A program made the position numbers and the translations under genes. This document shows positions 37,136 through 49,274 of a DNA stretch of 54,256 nt, one piece after another. Location of the stretch: the NCBI RefSeq assembly GCF_001194135.2, contig NC_068989.1:42982796-43037051 (forward strand), read 5' to 3'. The stretch is from Octopus bimaculoides (lineage: Eukaryota). Every line of letters begins with the position of its first letter. Position 1 is the stretch's first letter. The notes under the pieces were generated by a model. That model was given only the letters and a program-made list of their open reading frames with translations. It ran no database searches and was not told the origin of the DNA.

Positions 37136-37142
37136 AGTAAAT

Positions 37143-37560
37143 GTAAGAACAAGCAAGTTAGGTAAGTCGATATACAGAAAATATGGAATGGAGTTTACAG
37201 ACGGAATTTATAAATTCCATCTTTAAACTCCATTCTGTCAACATCTCAAATGTAAAATATCTCCCTGAAGACGGAGCTGGTGTTCTCCGATGATGGAATC
37301 AAGTTACAATCATTATTTTGGACCACCAAGCCCTTAGAAACAGCTGTTGGACTCATAAAACTTCTACTCAACCCCTTTAATTCTTGATACTTTTGCTACT
37401 TAGTGTAAGCCGGATTTTATTATATGTGTCCATTTGCACATGTTTTGTATTAATTGTATTTAGTATTTTTTGTATATCGACTTGCTTGTCCTTACTTATA
37501 CTTCTTTATCTGCTCAAGTTAAAATCTCTTGTGCACTATGAAGTGCATTCTATACAGAGA
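37143..37560 (+). mobile_element. Penelope-like terminal repeat family P1 with inverted 5' segments
   Basis: 37211-37560 is homologous to the reverse complement of 1860-2230. 37186-37235 is a 25+25 palindrome (23/25). 37143-37184 is an inverted copy of ~37464-37495. Motif CGATGA-TGG...GAAACAGCTGTT-GGAC. Confidence 0.6.
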
Positions 37561-37570
37561 ATACTTATCT

Positions 37571-37648
<78 letters not shown>

Positions 37649-39899
37649 TCTAGTAAAAAGTATTGATTGATCCTTTACTTTAATGTGAAATTGTCTTTGT
37701 ATACACTTTTACGTAGAAGTAACCCTTATTCGCTCTTTTCCCTGCAAACACACACACATACACACACACGCACACAAGCACACACATATAGAAAGAGAAA
37801 GTGAGTGAGTGAGTGAGTGAGTGAGTGAGAGGAGAGAGATAGATAGAGTGAGAGAGAGATGTATATACATGTACGTGCCTGTGTTTTCGTGTTTGTGTTT
37901 GTGTGAGTGTTTTCTATTTATGTTTATCGACTGTAGTCTTATGAGCTGTGAATGCTTTCTTCTTTTAGTGCTGTGTATTGTGTATACTGAAACAATTTCC
38001 AATTGCTTTGCTTGTAAATGACTTAGGACAACGGTGTGTTTGTGATCCGCCTATTTATAAATATATATCAGAAGTCATTTTTCTATCAAGGATTCATTTA
38101 TAATGTTAACGAGATTAGCCTTGCTTAATTTCAGTATTTCGGTTTCAAACATTTTTATCGACTTTTCCGAAGTTTGAGTTTTTTTTTTACCGTCAACGTA
38201 CTTTATTCACTTCCAAATCCATTCTCATGCTTTTGTAATTTTTTTTTCTTTAGACCATAGATCTGTTAGCTTTGTTTTATATAGCGGGAGTTAAGACTGA
38301 AGTTTCAGGTGGTTTTTATGCAAATAAACTGAAGCCTAATATTTTATATAACATTTATTTGAATGAAGACGTTTTCTGGTAAGGTAGTTTGATAAAAAAA
38401 AGATTTATTTATAGACTATCAGTTTTGTTTAAGAATTCCCTGTTGATTGAAGAAGGTTACCTAAGCTTTATTTTCATTTTGTTTTTTTTTTTGTTTTTTT
38501 TTTTTTGCTTTGTATGTTTACTATATTTGTGCTTCTCCGTTGTTTATATAGTGATAGACTTCGTTTTAAAAATATATTGAGGACTCATACTTTCTGCTAA
38601 GTCAGTGACTTTGGCTGTTTATTTTTAGATATTTGCTCATGTTGCATTATTCTGTTGGTTACACCATACAAGAAAACAGATAAGGTATTATTCTAATTTC
38701 TTTTCCTAGATCTAATACACACTCATAATTAAAGTGTATTTGAGTTTCCGCTGCTGATATGGTATGTGTGTGGTGGGGATGTCCCCTCGGAAATCAATGC
38801 CGTAGCTTTAACTCTACTGTTAATAACGAGGTTTTTCCCCTCGTTACACTTTCTTCAATTCCCTAAATTCATTCACTCCAATATTGTATCAAAAGAACAT
38901 GAACTGCTCAATTATTATCATACCGAGATTCAATTTTCTTTTTCCGTGTACTTAAACGGTGTAAGCTTCTGGTATTACAGCTGCAGCCTTATCGGCCTTA
39001 ATTTACTTAGGAATCCATGTTTTTAAAATGGTAGAGCACAAAACGGAGATAAGTTTGCTATAATGTTAGATCAAACAACTATGTAAAGGCTGCTACACGA
39101 TAAGCCTTTATTGTTACTGTCGGTAGAGCGCAAAGATGGACGTGAGGTTAGACGTTCGCTTTGTATCGACATTGTTTTCACATTCAATCCCCAAAGTGAT
39201 TCTAACATGGTTTCATAGTATAGACAAAGCCTAGAAAATTAAATTTGCTAGAAGGAAATTATGTGGGAAGCCAGTCAGAAGGACCGTTCCTCTTCTTGAC
39301 TTTAGCCGTCATCCTGTTTAATACAATACCTGGCCTTGATTTCGTGAAGAAGAGTTCAATCTTTTGTAAGTATTCAAGCCAGGCTCACTCATCTGAGGGC
39401 TAATTCGCCCTTCTCAAAGTCGCTATAAATGTTTTTACGGACGAAGCCATTTAAAAATAAATCACAATATTCTATTTTTAATTGCCGAATCTAGAGGAAG
39501 GAGTAATGCGCATTAACTTTGCAGGCTCTCTCAGATCAAATGAGTTTTATACTGTTAACGTTACTATACTCTGTTGTTGGTCAACACCTACAGGAATGAC
39601 GTTAAAAAGAATTCAGAATGCCAATATTCTGGGGAGGAAGGCCTGTAGTTAGTGTGTGGCCGGGGGACGGACGCAACAAGGAGGCGAGAAGAGATTCGAG
39701 ACCAACAATCTCCTTCCCTATGTACTGTGTTCAAGTCCTATTGTGTGTCATTTTGCATTTATACTTCCAGCATCGATGCAAAATGTCCTAATCAAGAACT
39801 GAGTGTTTGTTAAATCCAATACTCTTCATTCCGCAAATTTGTTTGGACTTGTTTTATCTGAGTTATTACGGAAGCCCGCGATGTCTGTCCTTTTATTTT

Positions 39900-40400
39900 A
39901 CATTTTCAAATTTCTTATTTTTCTCGTCCTCTTGCTTATAAATCCCAGCTCCATGCTGATCCAACAAATTCTTGATGGAAGGCATTTCAATTTTTTCCTA
40001 GACGCAATTCATACACAGTACCACATTATCTTGTATTTTCTTCTTGTCTATGATATCACAGTAAGGGAGATTCGAGGGTGATTTAGTTGCAACTTTTAGT
40101 GCGCTAAATGATCGCATTGATGAAGATCTCACATTATTCGATTTTTTTAGCTTCCCTTTTTGACCAAATAGCCAGGAAAGAAAGTAGTAAGCTTGTCCCG
40201 TTACAGTATATCCGAGACTGCTGGGCTGGAGGAAGGAAGCTATCCTCAAAGAGGAAACATAGTTCGAATGCTTGCAACAGAGTGAAGTGCACTAATATCA
40301 TTTATGTGCCAGGTGGTGATTATGCACCGGGTGAAACATTAGTCCTTTGCTTGTCAAAAGCACTTTCAAAAGTTTGTCCAAAATGTCCACGCTTATTTTT
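39900..40400 (-). mobile_element. Possible very old RTE LINE remnant
   Basis: Scattered minus-strand echoes such as NAFHQ and IFINAII in the expected order. Weak. Confidence 0.25.
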
Positions 40401-40680
40401 AGAATTTAGTTAGCACTTGTTTCATAAATTCTGAGTAATATAAAGCTTTCCTTTCCTAAGTCCCAAGTTACTCTATTGTTTAAAAAATGGGAATCAGTAT
40501 CATATATGATGCGTGAACGCCAGGGAAACATCCTGTGTGTTATGTCTTATACATATCAGACAAAGGGTTCAGTCAACAGCTCCAGTAGACCGTAGTGGGA
40601 TTTGAACTCAGAACACAAAGAACTGTTAACAAATAGTGCAAAACTTCCGGGCCCATATAATTATAGTTGTGATACCGCTT

Positions 40681-41066
40681 TTTATTCTTTCACTTGTTTC
40701 AGTCATTAAATTGCGGCCACGCTGGGGCACCGCCTTCAAGAAATTTGGTCGAACGAATCCACCCTAGTACTAATTTTTGAAGTCTGGCACTTATAAAGAT
40801 ATTATAAATCGTGCCGAACTGCAAGATTAATGGGACGTAAACACGGCAACATCAGCAGTCAGTCGGTCATGGGGGACGAACACAGGCACAAACACACACA
40901 CACATGACTGACTTCTTTCAGTTTCTGTCTACCAAATTCACTCACACGGTTTGGTCGACCCGAGGTTTTAGTGGAAAACACTTGCCCAAGGTGCCATGCA
41001 ATGGGACTGAACCCGGAACCATGTGATTGGGAAGCAAACGTCTTACCCCAGATCCACGCTTGTGCC
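40681..41066 (-). mobile_element. SINE family B
   Basis: cacttgtttcagtcattaaattgcggccacgctggggcaccgcc...cacttgcccaaggtgccatgcaatgggactgaacccggaaccatgtg. Confidence 0.88.
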
Positions 41067-41092
41067 AGGTAAAACTTTATTTTTCCTATATA

Positions 41093-41310
41093 TTGGGTTG
41101 TCCAGAAAGTTCGTGCCGATTTATCGTAGCTTACCTTTCGACTTATTTGCCATGAAACCACCTCAATTCTGGGGAAGAGGGTATTTTCAAGTTAAAGGAA
41201 AGATGGAAACGAATTGTGCAACAAAATGGTTCATTAAAAATGTAATGGCAAGTATTTATTGACCTTTTTCTTTCCTTTAAAAATTGGCAAGAACTTTCCG
41301 GACAACCCAA
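41093..41310 (+). mobile_element. Mariner-derived MITE (218 bp)
   Basis: 30-bp TIRs TTGGGTTGTCCAGAAAGTTCGTGCCGATTT and (rc) TTGGGTTGTCCGGAAAGTTCTTGCCAATTT, 3 mismatches; TA on both sides; internal KLKERWKRIVQQNGS transposase C-terminus. Confidence 0.92.
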
Positions 41311-41340
41311 TATATATACACATACACACACACACACACG

Positions 41341-41452
41341 TCAAAGATGAAAGGCAAAGTCTTCTTCAGCGTTATTTGAATTCAGAGCGCAGGGACTCGG
41401 AACAGATACGTTGACGCATTCTGTCTGGCACCTGAACCAATTCGCCGCCTAT
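41341..41452 (-). mobile_element. SINE family A-related 5' fragment
   Basis: gatgaaaggcaaagtc...atttgaattcagagc...cgccgcctatt. Confidence 0.55.
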
Positions 41453-41924
41453 TTGATTTTATTGCTTGATATCCGTGTATTTGCTTTAGATGTGGCTGTC
41501 CTGGCAATAGAGTTGTTACTGTAATTCAAACTGCGTGCGTTGGGTTTACAGTTACACTCTTTCTTTACAATTTTCGTTATATCCATTTCTGCCTCTATTA
41601 TCGCTGCTATTATTGCAGGTGTAGCTTATCTAACTGTTACTGCTTCGGGGTTTTTTTGGTTTTTTTGCTTTCTACTTTTTATAAATGTTTCAAATAAAAT
41701 GAATTTAATTAAACATTAAATATGATTCTATTGATATTAGTGAGAAAAAATAGAATTAAACACAATAAACAAATATCAATTAATTAACACAATTAACTGA
41801 TAAACAGAGGGAATAAATTCAATTGCAATATCACGTATTAATGTCGACAGATGTTGAAACAATATATGCGTGTTGACACAAGCCAGCCCACATACGTATA
41901 TGCATGAATATCTGCTTGTGTGTG

Positions 41925-41961
<37 letters not shown>

Positions 41962-42311
41962 GTATATATAATTGCATATGCATTCATACCTATATTCATT
42001 TAAACATGATTATATATTCATATATTCATCCATTCATTCAATCATCCTTATATACACGCAAGGAAAATAGTACGCTGTGTATATAAACTTGGCTTCATTT
42101 AGTCAACTATAAATTATGTATGTGTGTGTGCGCTCTCGATTGTGTATTCGATTGATTCACTCATTTTCGATGAGGGTTCATTGCTTCAACAACATCTCTG
42201 TTGTTGGATCTACTAAACGGACAATTCCAAAAACTGACACATGTTCCCTTAACGTAATTCTTAAGCCGAACCAACGCGACAAGGCTGAACTTTTGAATTA
42301 AACCTCTAATC

Positions 42312-42586
42312 CTGTGGTTCTCAACCATTTTGATCAATGGACCTCTTTGATTCCTATTTCAATCAACTAGACCCCCCACCCACTAGTCATTCGATGTTGA
42401 AAAAAATCGTATCTTATTATTTTCCTAATTAGATATTATTTCGGATGGATTGTATTTCAAAAAAGTGCTAAAATATTTTGTGTGTCGTAGAAATATAGGC
42501 CTAACCAATTTATTACAAATGAATTTTTACAAAAATATCTTATATGGACCCCTCAGGACTGTGTGGACCCCGGTTGAAACCCGCTG
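42312..42586 (+). mobile_element. hAT-type MITE (~275 bp)
   Basis: Termini CTGTGGTTCTCAACC and GGTTGAAACCCGCTG (rc CAGCGGGTTTCAACC), typical of hAT. 8-bp flanks no longer identical. Confidence 0.6.
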
Positions 42587-43899
42587 GTCCACTCCTTTTG
42601 CTGACGTCCCATACACTATTTCCGTGTATCCAATTTTACGGTCATGGGTTGAGTGAATCTGAGGTAATGACAAAAGTCATTTGTCGAAGAAAATGCCGTG
42701 CAGCGAAATCGAATCAGGTAACTCTTGGTTGTGAAACGAACCGTTTAACAATTAGACCATGGTGAGTCTTCAAGGATATATGTAGGACTACATTATCTAA
42801 AACGTGCGTTTCTTATTTAAGATGTTGGCAAGTGATTTGAGAACTACAAATCAAAGTATTTATACCTAAATTATGTAACACATTTTCCTAAACAAAAAAT
42901 AGAAAGTTTAGTTCTAATCAGTCTCTACGGATATAAACTTTTACCCAACTCGTGACCCTCGGAATATTTACTGGGTGCCAAAGTTCAATATTAAATGTAC
43001 TTTCTCTTCCTTATGAAAAAATTGTAAAGTTTGATACTGGAGAAAGAATTGGTTAAAAATAAAGGTGATAAAAAATATTTTCTCTATCACGAAACTTTGT
43101 CAACAGTTAAGGCATACGAATGGCTTTGACAACAATTTAGGTATACGACTGGCTAAAATTATAAAGCTTTAAATGCTTATAACTCATAAAAAATGAATGC
43201 GATTTTCAACATCGGTACACAAAACTACACTAGCACTACATTTTTTGAAAATAATTAGGTGGAAATTCGAAAAAATCTAAGTTGTTTGTTGAAATTCAAC
43301 AAGATCTCATTATTTGATATGTACGTTTCATATGTGAAATGGCAGAGAGTGAATGAGGGAGACACGGCCGCTGTTTTTAGCCGATCGATAGACTACGAAG
43401 TGGTTTCTTCGCTGTTTTTTTTTCTAAGAAAGAAAGAAATACATTCGACGAACGCTTACCATCATTGTTCATTGATTACAACTGAGATTTATTTATTTTT
43501 CTTTTTTACTAATCTTTGGACAATATTCTCTATCGGATCATTTATTTTAAATGCTAGATTATTTATCATAAGCTACTCATTAGGAATATAGAAACATTTT
43601 CATCCATCCACAAGTTAAAATGAAAGCTGTTTGTGTGTGTGAGGTGTGTGTGTATGTGTATTTGATTGTTTATTTGCTTGGTTCGTTAGTTGTTTGTTTG
43701 TCAGTTGTTTATTCTTTTGTCAGACATATTTCCTGCTGTCATATTGTTATAGTAACCAATGTTAATAAAATCATCCAGACAAGTGGCTCCGAATAATTTT
43801 CAAGTCTATAGAAAAAAAAGAAGAGAATAAAAGAACTATTCGCGCACTTCCTTGGGAAGTTTATCAAAAAATTATCTTTTCAAACTTTCAAATACAGAT

Positions 43900-44112
43900 T
43901 TTAAATTTTGGCACAAGGCCAGCAACTTCGGGGGAGAAGGGGAAGTCGATTACATTGACACCAGTACTCAATTCGTATTTATTTCATCACCTCCGAAAGC
44001 ATGCAAAGCAAAGTTGACCTCGGTGGAATTTGAACTCAGAACGTGAAGACGTACGAAATGCCACTAAGCAGTTGTCCCCATGGTGCCAAGGATTCTGCCA
44101 GCTTGCTGCCTT
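43900..44112 (-). mobile_element. tRNA-derived SINE family A
   Basis: ggcacaaggccagcaacttcggggg...ggaatttgaactcagaacgt...gattctgccagc. Confidence 0.88.
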
Positions 44113-45107
44113 TAAATTTGCAACTATAGAAAACGTAGAAAAATTATTGTTTACCATGTTTAATTTTAAAAAATAACTTGTTTCCACATTATTAATAACC
44201 GTTTTCAAAACGTCCGTGTATCTGGATAAAATCTCAAAAGCCTTATATATGTATGTATCTGTATAAATGCACNNNNNNNNNNNNNNNNNNNNNNNNNNNN
44301 NNNNNNNNNNNNNNNNNNNNNNNNNNNNNNNNNNNNNNNNNNNNNNNNNNNNNNNNNNNNNNNNNNNNNNNNNNNNNNNNNNNNNNNNNNNNNNNNNNNN
44401 NNNNNNNNNNNNNNNNNNNNNNNNNNNNNNNNNNNNNNNNNNNNNNNNNNNNNNNNNNNNNNNNNNNNNNNNNNNNNNNNNNNNNNNNNNNNNNNNNNNN
44501 NNNNNNNNNNNNNNNNNNNNNNNNNNNNNNNNNNNNNNNNNNNNNNNNNNNNNNNNNNNNNNNNNNNNNNNNNNNNNNNNNNNNNNNNNNNNNNNNNNNN
44601 NNNNNNNNNNNNNNNNNNNNNNNNNNNNNNNNNNNNNNNNNNNNNNNNNNNNNNNNNNNNNNNNNNNNNNNNNNNNNNNNNNNNNNNNNNNNNNNNNNNN
44701 NNNNNNNNNNNNNNNNNNNNNNNNNNNNNNNNNNNNNNNNNNNNNNNNNNNNNNNNNNNNNNNNNNNNNNNNNNNNNNNNNNNNNNNNNNNNNNNNNNNN
44801 NNNNNNNNNNNNNNNNNNNNNNNNNNNNNNNNNNNNNNNNNNNNNNNNNNNNNNNNNNNNNNNNNNNNNNNNNNNNNNNNNNNNNNNNNNNNNNNNNNNN
44901 NNNNNNNNNNNNNNNNNNNNNNNNNNNNNNNNNNNNNNNNNNNNNNNNNNNNNNNNNNNNNNNNNNNNNNNNNNNNNNNNNNNNNNNNNNNNNNNNNNNN
45001 NNNNNNNNNNNNNNNNNNNNNNNNNNNNNNNNNNNNNNNNNNNNNNNNNNNNNNNNNNGTGTGTGCGCGTGTGTGCGCGCGCGCCTGTGTGCATGTGTGT
45101 GTGTGTG

Positions 45108-45147
<40 letters not shown>

Positions 45148-45488
45148 GGCAGTGTAAAAGTAAAGACAAGTTGCGGGTTGCCAACGTGTAGTGGAAGCAA
45201 AAAATGGAGGTGACAGAGCGGATTTGAGTCAAATGTAAAGAAATGTTCCAAAGTATTTTGTGTATCTGGCTAATCTTAACAGACTAAGCTCATTTAGACT
45301 TAAAGGGGAATTACAAACGTTATAAGATATTAGATAGTGTTTCAACAGGAAAGATTATCTGCTTTTCGTGATATCTCTGAGAAACCGATTAAATGCTACA
45401 GTAAATACTCTAATTTTCAATAAAATCAAATCTTGCTTGGGTGGAACCTTCTTTTCGCCTACTCTTATGTTGAAGATATAAGTACCAG

Positions 45489-45522
<34 letters not shown>

Positions 45523-46059
45523 AACTGTTCCGTGGAGGTACGATCAACGAAAAAAGTACTCCATCTGGTGAGAGATATATATTATTCAATATACACAATA
45601 CATGTTTTTTATGTANNNNNNNNNNNNNNNNNNNNNNNNNNNNNNNNNNNNNNNNNNNNNNNNNNNNNNNNNNNNNNNNNNNNNNNNNNNNNNNNNNNNN
45701 NNNNNNNNNNNNNNNNNNNNNNNNNNNNNNNNNNNNNNNNNNNNNNNNNNNNNNNNNNNNNNNNNNNNNNNNNNNNNNNNNNNNNNNNNNNNNNNNNNNN
45801 NNNNNNNNNNNNNNNNNNNNNNNNNNNNNNNNNNNNNNNNNNNNNNNNNNNNNNNNNNNNNNNNNNNNNNNNNNNNNNNNNNNNNNNNNNNNNNNNNNNN
45901 NNNNNNNNNNNNNNNNNNNNNNNNNNNNNNNNNNNNNNNNNNNNNNNNNNNNNNNNNNNNNNNNNNNNNNNNNNNNNNNNNNNNNNNNNNNNNNNNNNNN
46001 NNNNNNNNATATATGTATATATATGATTTTGAAAAATGACATTTTTTAAAAGGTTATTT

Positions 46060-46700
46060 AGATATTTAAAAGTACATTTTATTTAACAGGACGTCACTAA
46101 TTTCTGTGGAAGAAGTTTGCGTATAGTGTTTATTTTGTTTAGCATGTATTATGTGTGTAAGTGCTTTCGTTATCCAACTTTTCAGACACTCGTTTTCCGG
46201 AATAATACGTAGAGAGAAAGTTGTAGTTAGCAATAGTTTTAACTATTTCCGGTTTAGTCTCGGATTTAGAATTCTTATAAAATATTCTTCTTTTTGCCTT
46301 TCGTAGTTGATCATTTTCATTTTATATTTTGTAAATATTTAAATTCTTCTTTTGGCACAAATGTCTCGATGTTTACTTCATGGGACATTTCTAAGAGGAT
46401 GATTCTTCTTTTTGCATGACTGATTAGTTTTGTTCCTGCTTCCCCATGTGATGCAAAAGATGGGAATTTTTTGTTTCGCAATTGATGTATGCATTCACTT
46501 TGTGTTCTTTCTCATTCTGAAGTCTTTCGGGTTTTTTCTTCTTCAGTTATTTCACATGTCTCACAACGAGGGTCTCCACACTTCATTACCTGTAGTATTT
46601 CCTTTCTGATGTGAATCTCGCCTTTGTTAGGAGTCTCTTCAGATTTGGAGGTTGTCTTTGGTTGTTGATGATTTGTTATTTCTTTAATCAATTGTCGGAG
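46060..46700 (-). mobile_element. Penelope-like element 3' part: Cys-rich linker, GIY-YIG remnant and terminal repeat (family P4)
   Basis: QPPNLKRLLTKARF (~46613-46655), KCGDPRCETC, KVNAYINCETKN, FCITW, and C-terminal KEEYFIRILNPRLNRK* (stop 46243-46245); frameshifted. The CxxC linker suggests a Neptune-type PLE. Confidence 0.8.
46155..46189 (-). ncRNA. Degenerate minimal hammerhead-like motif downstream of the PLE ORF
   Basis: GTGT-CTGAAAA-GTT-GGAT-AAC-GAAAGCACTT-ACAC: stem I GTGT/ACAC, stem II GTT/AAC; G8 is A, so this copy is probably inactive. Confidence 0.55.
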
Positions 46701-48615
46701 ATACCTTAATCACAAAACTACAAAAATCGAGAAACTGACCTCAGACAGGCACAGCGTGATATATCATATGAGAAATGGAAAAGAGTGTGTCTCACAGAAC
46801 GCAAAATGCCATATTGAGGAAGCTAAAAAAATTACGATTTAGACGTGCTCCTCAGAGGAATATATTTTGATATTTAAGGAAAACGACTAAAAAGAGTGAC
46901 CCTTACAAACGTGCCCCCAGAACTGAATACGCATTATTTAGGGATGACACTGGAGGAATATGGTGATACACTCACCATGAAATTAGCCTCGAAGGGAGTA
47001 GGTCAGTGGTCAAAGTGGACATGGATGTGCTTTTGAGAGCAGAAAATTTCCACAAAATCCCTGGTGTTGTCAGATAAACTATTGATAAAGATGTTGTCAG
47101 ACTTCTTTAAAGACTGCAAGAAAATTTCCTGTTTAGTGTGAGGATTTTCACAAAACAATTGACAAATTGGCGTTTCAGGAAACATTCTGAAACTGCACGG
47201 GTTCTGGTGCGGTTCCGATCTCTAGATGGATAAAAACTGGGACACGTAACGAACGTGGTGACCAGTCACACCCAGAAGTTGGTAGTGATGAAGCTATACC
47301 CAAGAGGACGAACTGTGGTGACGAATCCTACATCGCTTCCGTTATTATCGCCTGGCTATCGTGCCTTGCACCCGGTACCACACGATCGGGTTGGAACGTC
47401 TTTTATTTATTTTCTTGTAGAAAAGACGTCTTCCTATGGTCAGGAAGTCAGTCTACTGCCAGTACCCTCTGTGTGACGGCTGATGCATGCCTTGGCTGCT
47501 GATGTGCAGGCACATGCTAACGTTGCACCACTTACAACAATTCCAAGAGGGTGAAACACTGTTAATGAGACACGTCGTTCTGCAACTAGTCTCTTTGACA
47601 AGGCTGCAGTCCTGTATGAAGGGAAGTCTGAGACTGGGTACCTGTCACCTAGAGGTCCTGGCACTTACCGCTCTCCATCAGTCGGGCAATGAGATTGATG
47701 ACTGTTCCATTTTAGTAATATATAGAGTATTAATGACTGGGAAGTGTGACGACGTTTTCGGAGAGACTCTGAGTATCGAGGAGAGCAACTACTCTGTTCC
47801 AGAGGACGTTCCGGTCGGGCGCTGTCATAGATAATTATTAGAAGTCTTTAGCCTAGCAGTGTCACCGAGGAGCGCCAACGGTTCTAAATAAACTCTACAG
47901 GGTGTGCTGTGAGATGGGATTGTCTGAGATGAAAGCAGAGCAACAACAGCGTTCAGCACGCATTCATTCAATGTTCGGCATTGCTGACTTGTTGAACTGT
48001 GTCGAACAGATACTGTCGCGTATGGGACGGATCCAGCAATCAGCTGAGTCCATAGTGATGGCTAGTGTGCCGCCCTCTTTTAATCGAGCCAATAAGGCAG
48101 TCTCCCTCCGTTTGGTGGTTATGGTGAAAGACGTCTGATGGACGAGGTTGAAAAGTTTGAGGACTGAAACATTCCTCTTTGCAAGATCTCTCATCGACTT
48201 TTTCAACTTCCACGAAAGTCCTGAGCCAGTTCATTCAGAAGTGAGTGAAAGTGAAAACAATGTCAAGAGTGGATGGCACTGATCTGAGTATTATTTACCT
48301 GTGAATCAGAGAACTGGAACTAGAGAGAGCACTTAACGTTGATCTTCAGGAATATACCATGGATGGCGGAGTTCCTCGATTGGCCTTAGAGATCCCCTTG
48401 TATCAGGAGGATAAGATTACTGTCACCTCTCTTTTTACTTATATGTTCCATGCATACTTCTTTTCTTTTGCCTATATTGTACACCAGGGATAATTTTTAC
48501 TTATGTCTTTTTTTTTTTCGTCGTTTCATTCTATGTAAATCCCTACTATTTGTGTATTTGTGTCTATCTTCGTATTGTCCCTTCATCCATTATCCTGATG
48601 GCAAAATAAACGATA
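46700..48615 (+). mobile_element. Tx1/L1-like LINE remnant: ORF1-like piece, ORF2 C-terminus and 3' UTR
   Basis: RVTLTNVPPELNTHYLGMTLEEYG (from ~46890; ORF1 RRM-like). ORF2: MPWLLMCRH (ORF 47487), KSLA*QCHRGAPTVLNKLYR, IADLLNCVEQILSRMGRIQQSAESIV...VKDV*WTRLKSL. AATAAA near 48605. No APE or RT motifs seen between. Confidence 0.65.
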
Positions 48616-48639
48616 TCAGGATCATCATCGTTATCATCG

Positions 48640-48716
<77 letters not shown>

Positions 48717-49223
48717 TACTTTTAATCTGCATGTTTGTTACAATCACTCAGCGTCCTTGGGCGAGTGAAGAATAAGAGATGTTACAGTATAACTGAAAGC
48801 TTGAGGAGAGGAAGTGGCAGGAACAGTAACGAAATATCTTTATGTAAATCAGCGCATGCATTTAAATCGATAGGGTTTTTCTAAGGATGTGGGCAGTACT
48901 TGTCAGCACAATCTTTTGGATTTCTTTGAGACATGCTTCCTGGGATATTATTTAGATGTTTCTGACATCCCTTTCTTATCATACTTAGGGCACCCACAAT
49001 AACAGTTCTCCTTTTAAGATGCTACATCTTTTGTATTTCAATTTCCAGGTCCTTATATTTACTTAATTTGTCAAATTCCATTACAGATATATATTTTTAT
49101 CAGTAGGAACGCTTACATCTATTAGTCTACAGGAATTTTCTTCGCTGTCTTTAATGACTATGTCTGGTCGATTACCCTGGACCGTTCTGTCGATGTTGAC
49201 TGGAAATTCCCAGAAGATAGTGA

Positions 49224-49224
<1 letters not shown>
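48717..49224 (-). mobile_element. 5'-truncated R4/Dong-clade LINE flanked on both sides by (TAA)n
   Basis: VTIFWEFPVNIDRTVQGNRPDIVIKDSEENSCRLIDVSVPTDKN (ORF 49081), then KLSKYKDLEIEIQK...IVGALSMI...TAHILRKTLSI*. Arrays at 48640-48716 and 49225-49273. Confidence 0.92.
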
Positions 49225-49274
<50 letters not shown>

